Below, one piece after another: positions 37,233-48,700 of a stretch of 64,000 bases of DNA. Made by a program: the position numbers and the translations under genes. The notes below the pieces were generated by a model. The model was not told the origin of the DNA. It saw nothing but the letters and a program-made list of their open reading frames with translations, and searched no databases. Source of the DNA: a virus (Duplodnaviria > Caudoviricetes); the IMG/VR virus record IMGVR_UViG_3300028591_000074, positions 1-64,000 of that record; one strand, 5' to 3'. Positions within the stretch are counted from its first letter, which is position 1. Each line of letters begins with the position of its first letter.

Positions 37233-38015
37233 TTAATCACCGTATTTGCAATTAAATAAAAACTTAGCCAAAGTTGCATGTGGTGCAATTCGACATACAT
37301 CAAGTTCACGGACACATTGTACTATGTATTTTTGTATGCGCTTATCGGTAAATACACTCATCATATAATTAAGTACAAACCGGATATCAGTTTCGGAACG
37401 ATCTTGGTAGTGCCCTAATTTCCACGAAAGATTTGATACACAGTCATTTAGCTTGAACTCAGATTTGAACTTCTTATAGTAATCCAAATACTCAGGTTTC
37501 ATCTTATATACATAATCAACATCTATGAGACTACGGACTCCTTTCCATACAGGTAATGATTTCATAGACTTATATTTTTCAGAATCTATAATTTTTGCAT
37601 ATTCATCTACATCAGACAGAATTGGTTGACCAATTGACACGCATGTACTTCGGCTTATGATTGTTTCAGGAATGTTATACCTGTTCCTACAAGTAACAAC
37701 TATATAAACATTTGATGTTGGTTCTTCCAGAAATAGAAGTAATGTATAGGATGCAGAAAGTACACCTAAATCAAGATTCTCTATACAGAATACGATTGGA
37801 CTTGTGATATCAACACTCCTATCCAAGGCTTCACGAATCGACTGTACGTTCGGTTGTACGAACGCAATATCGGAAATGTTCAGCATTTTTGCATATTGTC
37901 TTGCCAAATATGATTTTCCACATCCAATTGGACCTTCGATAAGTAAGCTATGCCTGTCAGATTCTGCAAGTTGCTTCAGTTCTTTCATTGGACTTTTCTG
38001 AAATCTAAGTTCCAT
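37233..38015 (-). CDS. clamp loader delta-prime-like subunit
   Basis: GPIGCGKS, LLLFLEEP, TIISR. Confidence 0.75.
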   Translation of the reverse strand: MELRFQKSPMKELKQLAESDRHSLLIEGPIGCGKSYLARQYAKMLNISDIAFVQPNVQSIREALDRSVDITSPIVFCIENLDLGVLSASYTLLLFLEEPTSNVYIVVTCRNRYNIPETIISRSTCVSIGQPILSDVDEYAKIIDSEKYKSMKSLPVWKGVRSLIDVDYVYKMKPEYLDYYKKFKSEFKLNDCVSNLSWKLGHYQDRSETDIRFVLNYMMSVFTDKRIQKYIVQCVRELDVCRIAPHATLAKFLFNCKYGD

Positions 38016-38939
38016 CTATTCTTCCATCTCCATAAATTCCAAACTCGGAATATGCTTAAACCGCATCAGTCCAAACAGGTAAATTAAACTCAATTTTGCA
38101 TCTGTCGCATACGATCTAAGTTTTCGTATTTCTTCATATGTATTCATAAACATATTATAAATATCCGATTCAAACCAATACTTTGCATAATCCTTTAAAT
38201 TAGACTGAACATATTTACTATTGCTAAGTATCTTTTCCAATTCAACCATGGTAGATAATATTGTATAGAATATACTGTCATAGTCATCCACAGTTTCTAA
38301 GTAATTTACCAGATAATTGAAATTCTTTGTTGCTATAGCAATTTTTAAATCATCCACAGAATGACTTTTCTGTTTACCGAACAACGCAAGTATTTGTTTG
38401 TCGGACAATAGAAATATCCGTTCCACATCTACCATAGACATACTTCGGCACATATTCTTTGCGTCATTGTAGTCTGTTCCATACTGTGCAGCAAGATTAA
38501 TTAGTTTATCCGGTAATTTGGGAAAATCTGTATGCAAATACTTAATTTTGAAGTTAATTCCCACAGAATCAATTTTAACTGTATAATTTTGCAAAAATTT
38601 ATACAGTTTAGTCATATGTTTGTCTGATTCGTATATACAAACTACTGTTCCTATAATGTTTGCAGAATCAATTTGCTTTTCAGTTTGATCCGAAAGATTA
38701 GATACAAATGATTCATCATATCGAACAATATAAAGCATTGGTTCCAGCGGAATAATATGCATGGTGGACATAATTTTCAGAACGTCATTCACAGATTGAT
38801 ATTCTTCATATTTTCCATAATGTTCTTTCAAAATATCAAGATACTTACACTTGATACCATATTCCGATCCACCAAACACATAAAATTTTCTCGGAGTATT
38901 GCCAAGAATCTCCGTACCGACATCTTGAATAGTTAACAT
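38016..38939 (-). CDS. clamp loader delta-like subunit
   Basis: FYVFGGSEY N-terminus typical of HolA; context. Confidence 0.6.
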   Translation of the reverse strand: MLTIQDVGTEILGNTPRKFYVFGGSEYGIKCKYLDILKEHYGKYEEYQSVNDVLKIMSTMHIIPLEPMLYIVRYDESFVSNLSDQTEKQIDSANIIGTVVCIYESDKHMTKLYKFLQNYTVKIDSVGINFKIKYLHTDFPKLPDKLINLAAQYGTDYNDAKNMCRSMSMVDVERIFLLSDKQILALFGKQKSHSVDDLKIAIATKNFNYLVNYLETVDDYDSIFYTILSTMVELEKILSNSKYVQSNLKDYAKYWFESDIYNMFMNTYEEIRKLRSYATDAKLSLIYLFGLMRFKHIPSLEFMEMEE

Positions 38940-39433
38940 GAAATAAGTTCCTCAAATGCAGATAGTTTCATCAATAATAAACGATTTCTCTTAATAGAAA
39001 TTTCATTTGACTTAGTATTAAATGCAAATAGGTATGCTGAATTGTAGTGATCCAATATAGAAAACAACATATCATCTGCGGCAAAGGACAAGGAATTCTT
39101 CACATCTTTTGGAAAATCAACAACAGTATAATCATTTGGAAGTTCACGTTCTGGTATAATAACCCAAGTATATTTTGCAAGCTGAGAACCGTTATCAGAA
39201 AAATACGCAGGATATTTAAATCTTGCTGTGGCTTCTTCCCAAATCTTCTTCCAAACCTGCTCTTTGAATACAACCCTATGATCTTCTACATGAGTTTTAC
39301 ATTCACCAAGCCAACCTTCACCAGATACATCACCTGGGAAGTTATTACGTGAGCCGCTACCAGTTACTTGTTTCCAACCGAGCAACTTGGCAACCATCTT
39401 TTCTTGTTTATCACTTGCTTCTTTCTTAGTCAT
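38933..39433 (-). CDS. Holliday junction resolvase-like PD-(D/E)XK nuclease
   Basis: E...GSG...GDV...ECK. Confidence 0.7.
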   Translation of the reverse strand: MTKKEASDKQEKMVAKLLGWKQVTGSGSRNNFPGDVSGEGWLGECKTHVEDHRVVFKEQVWKKIWEEATARFKYPAYFSDNGSQLAKYTWVIIPERELPNDYTVVDFPKDVKNSLSFAADDMLFSILDHYNSAYLFAFNTKSNEISIKRNRLLLMKLSAFEELISC

Positions 39434-39464
39434 AACTAAAACATCTCCATAATATTCAATATTA

Positions 39465-40700
39465 TTAAACAACTTTAGTAAAACTTGTTATAAATCCGTT
39501 TCTGTTCTGTACTTTATCAATCTTTTTATAACTAATTTCCTTCTTAAAATCCTTATCTATTAAGTCTTTAATCTGAAAACTACCGCTCGTTCTTAGAGAA
39601 TTTACATAACATAACTTACTATTCCATCTAACAAGGTCATATCTATGAAATCCAAACATCTCATAAGAACATTGATTTCGTTTTACAATACCCTCTTTTA
39701 AGATTTTGTCTTTATAAATCTTTCTATTATGTCGCCTTACTTTCTTCTGATAATACACTGTACCACTTGTTTTAGCTAAGGGATTGCCACTTATGCATCT
39801 TGCATCGATGAAATGATCTTTAGGCAATCCATTCTTTATACGATTGTTTTTTGTAATATACCCAAAAGTCATATGAACATTCGGATAGTTCTTTTTTAAC
39901 TCACCGTAGAAAGTCCATCTCATAATACCCATAAATGCAGCATCTTTAAATGATGCACCACGCTTGATACTTTTAGGCAATATTACAGATCCTTTATGGT
40001 ATCCAGTATGACAAGTTTCACACAAAGTAATCAGATTATTAGGTGCATTGCCACCTGTCTTTCTGCTTTCAATGTGGTGTACATTTAATATCTTATCACC
40101 AGATTTACCTTTGCAACATTGGCAAGTATGGCTATCTCTCCATAACACGTATTCCCTTATATTCCAAAAATTTAATTGATCACCATGCTGATATTCTTCG
40201 CCTTGTATATCCGGATTCTTAATCTTCTGGATATCAAAACTTGCAGTTTCAACTGTAATCTTAAATACAGGAAGAATCTTATATACATCTCTAACTACTT
40301 GTAAGTGTGTTTCAATTTTCTGCCTTACAGAAGGGGCTAACCACCCCTCTTCTCTTTTTCGGTTATAAAATCTAGCCTTACGGTATCTTGTTTTTCTGTT
40401 TCTTCTTGTTCTTCTTGCTTCCCTTTTAGTAGAGATAAGATCAACAATATCATTCCTTAGTTCGACATCTGCTTCGTATAATACTTTATTTTCAGTAGTT
40501 GCCGATACACCAATATGCTTACTACCAGCATCAATACCTAAGCTGATAGGTTGTACGTTTTCTTCACAGTCAAACAAAAGCTGAATAGTAAAAGGTACCT
40601 TCTTAACAACTTTTGCTTTCTTGTCCCTTAACAGATGTCTTGCTTTAGCCTCTTTACAAGGCATTAACGGGTTTTCGTTCTTATTTATTACATACACCAT
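39465..40700 (-). CDS. iscB: RNA-guided endonuclease IscB
   Basis: PLMP N-terminus, GIDAG RuvC-I, RRTRR bridge helix, HNH, RuvC-III HFIDA. Confidence 0.93.
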   Translation of the reverse strand: MVYVINKNENPLMPCKEAKARHLLRDKKAKVVKKVPFTIQLLFDCEENVQPISLGIDAGSKHIGVSATTENKVLYEADVELRNDIVDLISTKREARRTRRNRKTRYRKARFYNRKREEGWLAPSVRQKIETHLQVVRDVYKILPVFKITVETASFDIQKIKNPDIQGEEYQHGDQLNFWNIREYVLWRDSHTCQCCKGKSGDKILNVHHIESRKTGGNAPNNLITLCETCHTGYHKGSVILPKSIKRGASFKDAAFMGIMRWTFYGELKKNYPNVHMTFGYITKNNRIKNGLPKDHFIDARCISGNPLAKTSGTVYYQKKVRRHNRKIYKDKILKEGIVKRNQCSYEMFGFHRYDLVRWNSKLCYVNSLRTSGSFQIKDLIDKDFKKEISYKKIDKVQNRNGFITSFTKVV

Positions 40701-40715
40701 AATTTTAAATTCTCC

Positions 40716-40990
40716 TGTATGTTAGAGTAAAATCTCCCACGACAATGTTATCTTGAGGTTTTATGTCAGCAACACTGTTCCGACAATAACAGAACTGTTT
40801 AATCACTGCCCTTAGAGCTTCAGGCTGGAAGTACACCAAAAGGTAACTATGTATTCTCAAGTAACGTAGTTATTAAGATGCATTTTAATATTTCATCTTA
40901 GCAACTCAGTCTGATTATCCTGTTCCGTCCGGAGAACATATTATATACAAATATCTTAATGATATTCAACCGTACATAATATTATTGTGG
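40716..40990 (-). ncRNA. omegaRNA of IscB (bounds approximate)
   Basis: non-coding, CTACGTT...CCAGCC...GCTCT...AACATTG pattern directly upstream of iscB. Confidence 0.7.
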
Positions 40991-40998
40991 ATAATAAG

Positions 40999-42168
40999 CT
41001 ATTCCTCAAAATCTTCAAGTGTATCGAATGATGTCATATTTGTATCACTTGTAATATACTTTTCAAGCATATCATAATATTCTTGATGACTATTCAGATA
41101 TTCATATACTTTAGCCATACCCTGAACCTTTAGAACTTTACCTGTTTCAGGATCATCCAGAATTTCACCAGTGAATGGGTTTGCAAATGTAAACCATGCA
41201 CCTGACTTTTTAATCAAATCATACTTAGTAAGTGCAGTCTGTGCAAGGTCAATATCTTTACGAATACCGGACTGAGCCATCAGATAATAAGATGCATTTT
41301 TCCTATCAAATGGTGCAGTTTTCTGTTTCGTAAGACGTACATTGATGATATATCCAGCAGGATTCTCAGACTTCTGTGGAAGTTCGTTTCCAAGGAAATC
41401 TACTGGATTCCCAATACTAAATTCAAGCATAAGTGATGAATAAAACTTAACTGCCTGACCACCTGGAGTATTTACTGCGTAGGGATTAATCAAGTTATCC
41501 CTATTCTGATTAATAAGAATCATAGTACAGTCATACCTATCGAGAAGCGGTACTGCCTTTACAAGAAAATCGGTCATAAGTCCAGCTAAGGCAGCTACAG
41601 TCTTTTCACCAAGTTTCTTTTTAAGTTTAGATTCAGGTATCAATGATGGAATACTATCAATAACCAATAATCCCATTTCACCAGTTTCAATCAACTCAAG
41701 TGCGGTATTCAAAATTTCCTCTGCAACTACATTTGGTGGTTGCATGATTTCAATATGCTCTGGATCTACACCAAGTTTTTCAGACCATTCTTCATCAAAC
41801 GTATGTTCCAAATCAATATATAATATTTTCTTTATGCCACGGTCTTTATACTCTTCTAGTTCCGCAGCAACTGACTTATTTTCAGTCAGTTTTTCCTGCA
41901 ACATAAGAATGTGGTCATTATATTCCTGTTCAAAAATATCATAAGCATTTTTACAAATATCAACACAAGTGGAAGTTTTTCCAGAACCATACTTCCCATA
42001 AAAATGAGATATTCTTCTTCGCGGAACTCCACCATAAGTTGCATAGTTTAACATTGGACTTGAAAACGGAATCTTTGGACTTCTTTTTGCCTTTGCACTA
42101 TCCATAAGTTCGGCACAATTCCAATCCTTTTTCTTCTTGTTAATAATTGATGCAAATGTTGCGGCCAT
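40999..42168 (-). CDS. recA: RecA/UvsX recombinase
   Basis: GKYGSGKT, IDSI, INQ, PGG.A.KFYSS. Confidence 0.92.
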   Translation of the reverse strand: MAATFASIINKKKKDWNCAELMDSAKAKRSPKIPFSSPMLNYATYGGVPRRRISHFYGKYGSGKTSTCVDICKNAYDIFEQEYNDHILMLQEKLTENKSVAAELEEYKDRGIKKILYIDLEHTFDEEWSEKLGVDPEHIEIMQPPNVVAEEILNTALELIETGEMGLLVIDSIPSLIPESKLKKKLGEKTVAALAGLMTDFLVKAVPLLDRYDCTMILINQNRDNLINPYAVNTPGGQAVKFYSSLMLEFSIGNPVDFLGNELPQKSENPAGYIINVRLTKQKTAPFDRKNASYYLMAQSGIRKDIDLAQTALTKYDLIKKSGAWFTFANPFTGEILDDPETGKVLKVQGMAKVYEYLNSHQEYYDMLEKYITSDTNMTSFDTLEDFEE

Positions 42169-42214
42169 TTAAACCTCGCATAAATTACAAACCGGAATGA
42201 TCCGGGGTTATATA

Positions 42215-42772
42215 CTATTTATCATATTCTGGTAAATCTTCTGGAACTACCATACCAACAGGGTTTGAAAGTTCAGAACTTCTACGTGCATCCCAAATCT
42301 TCTTCGCACCCATAATAAGTTCTTTGGAAAATGTCTGCTCATTTTCTACACGGGCAATTATAGAACTATAGGCAGCATGTAAAACCTCATATTCAACCAT
42401 CTTTTCTGCCACTACATGAGACACATGCTCATTTGTTTGTGTCTTGTTCAAACCATGAGCCGTAGCATCCGCTATAGCGTCATTGCGGATTTTCTCTAAA
42501 GTCTGCTTGTTCTTCAGTTTAACAACCTCACAGTTCAGACGAAGTTTATTCAACTTCTCTGCAACTGTAAACAATTCCATTGGGAATGTTGTTAAGATGT
42601 ATTCAAGTTCAGCATCTGTAATTGGATGTACTTTTGACTTCATCCGTTTATACAGTTCCCGAATTTCTGCAAAATTTTCTTCAAAAAACTGTGAATACAT
42701 ATCATCGCAAAATTCCTGAATAGCATCTAAATCGGTGGAATATTCTTCTATAACTTTGATAATGCTTTTCAT
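42215..42772 (-). CDS. hypothetical helical protein
   Basis: start MKSII behind AAGGAG. Confidence 0.65.
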   Translation of the reverse strand: MKSIIKVIEEYSTDLDAIQEFCDDMYSQFFEENFAEIRELYKRMKSKVHPITDAELEYILTTFPMELFTVAEKLNKLRLNCEVVKLKNKQTLEKIRNDAIADATAHGLNKTQTNEHVSHVVAEKMVEYEVLHAAYSSIIARVENEQTFSKELIMGAKKIWDARRSSELSNPVGMVVPEDLPEYDK

Positions 42773-43809
42773 TGTGTCTCCTTCTTCTTCGGTACAGGTA
42801 CGCACAAGTATGTAAGTGCAACTTCCTGAAGATAAGATGTACTCTTAAGATCTGCAATCATCTTCAGCAATTTACTTGACAACTTCATACAAATTACAGA
42901 ATGTTTCACCCCATAATTAGACACCTTATCTGCATAATGTGCCGGAATCATAGTTGCAGTAATATCCTGCATAAATATGTACTTAGTTACATTAGTTACA
43001 AAGGAATGAAATCCTTCAAACCATTTTACGAAATTCACACCGGAATTATAAACTTTATTGATAAGTGTTGTAATAGATTCATTATCATGCTTTGCATAGG
43101 ATGCTAATAATGAAAAATAATCATCATATGCTGGAAGATTAAGGGCAACCATCAGATTTTCAGATGTAATATTTTCACTATAAGCCAATGCTTTATCAAG
43201 CAAAGTACAGGCATCACGAAGTCCACCATTTGCACTTTTTGCCAAAAATGAAATAGCATCTTCTGTATAGGTAATATTTCTACCTTCTTTGTTCTCACAA
43301 TCAATGATATACTTCAGACGTGAAATAATATTATCTACACTAATCTTAGACAACTGAAATACTTGAACTCTGGAAAGTATCGTAGCTGGAATCTTCTCAG
43401 GATTTGTAGTTGCCATAACAAATATGGTTTTAGCTGGATTTGCTTCCAATGTTGTCAGCAAGGCACTCCAGGCAGCCGAGGAAAACGCATGAACCTCATC
43501 GAGTAGCATGATTTTATAATTCGTACCAACTGGATAGGTATATGCCTGTTCAACAAGTTTACGAACATCTTCAGCACTACCATGAGATGCGGCATCCATA
43601 AAAGTGTACCCGCCCTTATTTTCATTTAAAGTGTTAGCAATGATATATGATAATGTGCTTTTTCCGCATCCAGCTGGACCAATCAAAAGAAAGTTCCGTA
43701 CATCCATATTCGGATTTTCACAAAACTTTCGTAGCATATCAACTATGATATCCTGTCCTTGCACATCATCAAAAACTTTCGGTCTGTATTTTTGTGCTAA
43801 ATTTGACAA
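42769..43809 (-). CDS. dnaX: clamp loader gamma/tau subunit
   Basis: KYRP, GPAGCGKS, LDEVH, TILSR, GGLRDA. Confidence 0.9.
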   Translation of the reverse strand: MSNLAQKYRPKVFDDVQGQDIIVDMLRKFCENPNMDVRNFLLIGPAGCGKSTLSYIIANTLNENKGGYTFMDAASHGSAEDVRKLVEQAYTYPVGTNYKIMLLDEVHAFSSAAWSALLTTLEANPAKTIFVMATTNPEKIPATILSRVQVFQLSKISVDNIISRLKYIIDCENKEGRNITYTEDAISFLAKSANGGLRDACTLLDKALAYSENITSENLMVALNLPAYDDYFSLLASYAKHDNESITTLINKVYNSGVNFVKWFEGFHSFVTNVTKYIFMQDITATMIPAHYADKVSNYGVKHSVICMKLSSKLLKMIADLKSTSYLQEVALTYLCVPVPKKKETQ

Positions 43810-43868
43810 TTTTAATACACCTCACTAAATCATTCCTACATATTATAACGATTTTCAACTACAAAATC

Positions 43869-44645
43869 TTAGTATTCCTTACACACATTAAAATACGGAC
43901 ACCTTGAAGGATTACACCAAGCATCACCCTTTGGAAGTGGATCTGGTGCCAAATTCTTCTTTACTAAGTCAAGTACGCGTTCAAATCTTTCTTTAACTTC
44001 CATCATATCTGGATAGGATATGGTTATTTCAAAACATTTAAGTCCACCATACTGCCTATCTTGATATAAAAATAAAACATTTGGTAGTTGTAAAAGTGTA
44101 GAATAGCATTTTACTTGATCTATATGATGTGGTTTTGGATCAGTCAAATTGTCCCAAGATGAATATTCAGAAGTTTTAATTTCCAAAAGATATTTCTTTC
44201 CATTCCGCTGAACAATTCCATCACAGGCAAATTTGATTGGTGGTTCTTCTATTTGAACCAGAGATTCGAAACCAGATTCATCCTCTTCCAATGTGTATTT
44301 ATATGGGAAATTGATGGATTCGATATGTTGTCTAACCGGAATCCAATCTGAACCAAGCATGTTCTTCAGATTACTTTGGATAATTCTATGACATGCAGTA
44401 CCAATATCTGCGGTAAAATTTAGAGATGGATCAACAACCTGTATTTCCTGTTTTGACCCCCTTATGCGGAACCAGCTCCATCTATCACAACGGAAAGATG
44501 AAGCTGCGAATGTCCGACTGGAAGGTTTCTCAGCCTCAGACTTAATCTTTTGTTCCACATAAGAATCATAGTCATCTAGGAAATCAGAACTTGTTGATGA
44601 ATTAAATTTCGTAAGATGTGATGCATCCCAAGTTCTAAAAGCCAT
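43869..44645 (-). CDS. Cas4-like PD-(D/E)XK exonuclease
   Basis: C...GT..H...DG...EIKT...Q..CY...C..C...C. Confidence 0.8.
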   Translation of the reverse strand: MAFRTWDASHLTKFNSSTSSDFLDDYDSYVEQKIKSEAEKPSSRTFAASSFRCDRWSWFRIRGSKQEIQVVDPSLNFTADIGTACHRIIQSNLKNMLGSDWIPVRQHIESINFPYKYTLEEDESGFESLVQIEEPPIKFACDGIVQRNGKKYLLEIKTSEYSSWDNLTDPKPHHIDQVKCYSTLLQLPNVLFLYQDRQYGGLKCFEITISYPDMMEVKERFERVLDLVKKNLAPDPLPKGDAWCNPSRCPYFNVCKEY

Positions 44646-44649
44646 AATA

Positions 44650-45777
44650 CTATGCCATTACTCCTGCGCAAATTGTAGTAAGATCTTCATTCCAAATCAT
44701 GATGCCAACAATAGTACTTGTCGGATCTTTAGCATCATAGTACATAGGTCCAACTTCAATCCATCTATCCCCATAATTGGAAATGACCTGCTTAAGCGTA
44801 TCAAGACGGAAGTTTACTGCATATTCTAAAGATTCATCCCCGTCAACTTCTACCTGACCATTTACATTTTCATTATCCAAATACATAGCACCATCTTTTA
44901 CAGATAATTTGATAATAGATGAAGATGCAGAAAGAAGCGATGCCTGATTTAAAAGTTTTGTGATAAGTCCGGTAAATACCTTATTTGACTTCTCCGGATG
45001 ATTCAGTCTCTTAAAGATAATGTCAGATTTATAACTTCCAACTTCTTCATCAGATTCATATTGAGGTGTAAACTGGGTTACATAGTCATAAGCATCCTTA
45101 GAAAACTTTATAATATAGTCTGTTCCAAGTTTTGTCATCTGAGCAGATTCAGGAAGTGAATTAAACAGATTGATGATTGTATTGGAAAGCAAGCAAGTTG
45201 TACCAAGTGTACCCTTCTTAGAGTATGTAAACAGTGATGCATCAAAATCACCGACAAGAACATCACCATCCTCACTGATCCATGCCTTTGTATATACAGG
45301 CTTTACATAAGATTGAGATGCAGCAAACATCTGATTATCCTTAATAAATTTCCATGCTTCCTTATTTACTTCTACAAACTCCGCATCCTGTGCAGGTGTT
45401 GCAGGTGCTTTCAGTGAAAAATCATCAATACTTACAGCATCCCCAATACTGTTCCCAAGTGAAAACTTGGATCTACCGGACTGAAGTTTAATGCCATTTG
45501 CATCAAATTCAATAGAAACATTTGACTCAAAGGTATGAATAAGTTTCTTAAAAAGTGCAGCATCTACAAATGCTTTTGCAAATTCACCACCTTCTCCAAC
45601 ACCTTTAACGCGAATCTCTGTACAAATCATAGAAGATTCCACATTTACAGTAAGGGTATCCGTTGTAGCGGTAATCTGCGCAATACAACTTTTCTTATAG
45701 TAATTAGAAATGTTGGAATCAATGATTCCGAGATTCAAGGCTTCAGCCAATGGCTTTGTGTTTGTTGTAAACTTCAT
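44650..45777 (-). CDS. DNA sliding clamp (beta-like)
   Basis: 375 aa, MKFT N-terminus, next to polymerase and clamp loader. Confidence 0.65.
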   Translation of the reverse strand: MKFTTNTKPLAEALNLGIIDSNISNYYKKSCIAQITATTDTLTVNVESSMICTEIRVKGVGEGGEFAKAFVDAALFKKLIHTFESNVSIEFDANGIKLQSGRSKFSLGNSIGDAVSIDDFSLKAPATPAQDAEFVEVNKEAWKFIKDNQMFAASQSYVKPVYTKAWISEDGDVLVGDFDASLFTYSKKGTLGTTCLLSNTIINLFNSLPESAQMTKLGTDYIIKFSKDAYDYVTQFTPQYESDEEVGSYKSDIIFKRLNHPEKSNKVFTGLITKLLNQASLLSASSSIIKLSVKDGAMYLDNENVNGQVEVDGDESLEYAVNFRLDTLKQVISNYGDRWIEVGPMYYDAKDPTSTIVGIMIWNEDLTTICAGVMA

Positions 45778-45790
45778 ATTCTCTTCTCCT

Positions 45791-48700
45791 TTACTTTATA
45801 TAATTCACTACATAATTTTCTACTTTTTCAATAAAATCTTCATCGGATGTAGCATTAAGCTCCTGCTTACATTCCGCAATACATTGTAAGTATTCATCAC
45901 TAACAACACCATTTACACCTACAGATGCATCACCCTTTGGCTTTTCACCGTTTTCATCCTTGTAAACAGGAAGTACATATTCACATTCACAAAGATGATA
46001 TTGCACCCACTTAACTTCATCTTCTGTCAGATTTGTAAGTGATTTTGGCTTTGGATACTGACACGGGTATTCAAGACCTTTCCACCGGATAGATGTTGTA
46101 ACATCACACTTAGATGGGAATGGAAGAAAATCTGCGGCTTCACACATCATACTACTCAGTAATTCACCACCGCGCTTCACATGTTCCAATGGCACTTCTG
46201 CAATAATTTCATCATGTACTGGTACAAGCATCCTTCCACCTATGGCTTTCCACTCTTCGTTAGATTCAAGTTTCAACATTGCTAACTTCGACTGATCGGC
46301 AGCAGACCCCTGAACCACAGCATTAAGACATTGCCGTGTAGCCCTTGCAATCTTTGAACGATTATTCACAACCTGAATATGATATCTATCGTGTAATTCA
46401 CGCATCCTTTTATATACTTTGCCCCTACTTTTGAAACTACGAAATTCCTGTTGTAATGCTTGCTTAATCCTATCAGGAATCGCATCTTTGTTTTTCAAAG
46501 TAGATGGATCAAGTGGATCTACATCTGGATTTACATATCCATCCAATGGTACAAAATCATATTCCGGTAACTGCATATCTGGAAGATGTCTCCGTCTACC
46601 AAGTATAGTTTCTGTGTAACCATACTGTCTTGCTTTTTTCTGAGTAGCAATCATTATAGCACGTATGTTTGGAAATGCGTTAAGTACTGCATCATAAATC
46701 TTTTGTGCAGACTCAACCTTTTCATCTTCCGACATATCTTTATTCTTACCAAATAACTGCTCTGCTATAGACGGAACAGATCTTCCATAAGTTATTCCGA
46801 GCAAAATTTTCTTTGCTTCGTTTCGTCTTGCATATCCGTCTGCTTGATATTCACCTGTTTCTGGATGATGCTCAAGACATCGTTCATATGGTAGATTAAA
46901 TGATAAACTTGCTATACTTGCATAAACATCACGATTTTCTTGAAATGCCTTAATCATAGACTTTTCGTTTGCAACAAAAGCAGTAATCCGTGGTTCTTGG
47001 GCGCTGTAATCCGAAGAAATTATGGCATATCCTGGAGTTGCCCGAAAAATATGTCGTATATCCTCTGCATGGCTGGGAATATTTTGGAGATTTGGATTTC
47101 TTGAACTAAATCTTCCAGTGTTATGCGATATAATGCCATTGCTAATAAACGAATGTGTTTTTGGGACATGAAGATCATATACAGTGTTAGATGAATATGT
47201 AATGGATTTCACCTTTACTCGGAACGAATTGCCTATGCGTCTAGATTCGTATTGGTTCTTACAACTACATTTAGTATCTATATACTTTTTAGATTCAACA
47301 AATCCAATAACATCTCTAAACCTAATGTAATTATCTGCGTTGAACTTCATACGTGGAGATTTCCCATATTTATTATGATTCCAAAGTTTGCTGCAAATAA
47401 TCCCCTGAGATGCGAGGTGCATCTGAACAAATCTAGCATCTTCCTCATTGCAAATACTCAATTCAAATAATGCTCTACCAGCAGAATCCCTACATACTGT
47501 AGAATCTAAAGTCATACCACGAATATAACTATTAATTACACTCACTGGTGACTTAAATATAGACTCAGGGATCTTCTTATTCTGCTTACTATGTGATAAT
47601 ATCCTATCTAAATCTGCAATTCGAATACAATTTACACTAGATTCACCACCATAATGTTCTCTCGAATCATCATAATATGCAGACTTCAAGTTAAATAATT
47701 TAACACATAACCTATCAAATTCAGAAATAACTTCTGGATCATCGTTCGACATAATTAATCGAAATGTACCACATCGATTTTTAGTAGAGCCATCGGCATG
47801 ATACATGCCGAGTAAAAGTGCAAAATCTTCATCATAAAATTCTGGTAGTCTACAATCATTGTCTGTACGTCCACCGTATTTATATGGTGCAACTACTAAA
47901 CCTGTTTTCTGATATTCAGGTGTAATTTGCGATGAATAATTGCACGGCAATTCTACGTAATCACCAACTTTTATTTCTTCAAGTTTCTTAAAATGCCGTT
48001 CTTCCCAAAATCCAGATAATTCGTCACTACCTAATAGTACCCTGTCAGATGAAGTATATTTACTAACCATAATTGGATGGTTGTATGTACCTTCAAGTTC
48101 AAATCCAAATTCCGTAGTAATCTTAATAGTAGGGTAATCCGTATATTTAATTACGGATGCAACAGATTCCGGAATTTGATCTTTGTTAAGTATTACAACA
48201 TCATCAACTTCAACATGCTCAGACTCTATACAATTGTGGGAGTTACAAATATCACCTATACGGAAATAACCACTAGGTGTTGGTAGTATGGAACCACCAA
48301 CAATACAATCGGCCCCAATGCTTTTAAACTCTGCATGAATCCGACTATCTGGTGTAGTAGATTTAGGCAACTTATCTACAAATGTACTAATAAGTGTATC
48401 AAGACTTCGTACCTTAAGTATCTGATTTGTAACAGGTAGATTTAATTCACCAAGAACTTCTTTTCCTGTACTATCTGTACCATCGGGTTTGTCTAAAGCC
48501 ATTACAACATATAAAAGATATTTTACATGTGTATTTGAGTTAGGATTAAACTCTTTACCTGTAGTGAATGCTTTCTTCCCAAATGTTGGAATAGTTGTAG
48601 ATTTTTCAAGTTCCTTATCTACAATGTCTGCAAGTTTTTCAAGTTCATTATTATATCTATTTTTGTAGCGAATCATAAGTTTTCTTGCAACATCCTTATC

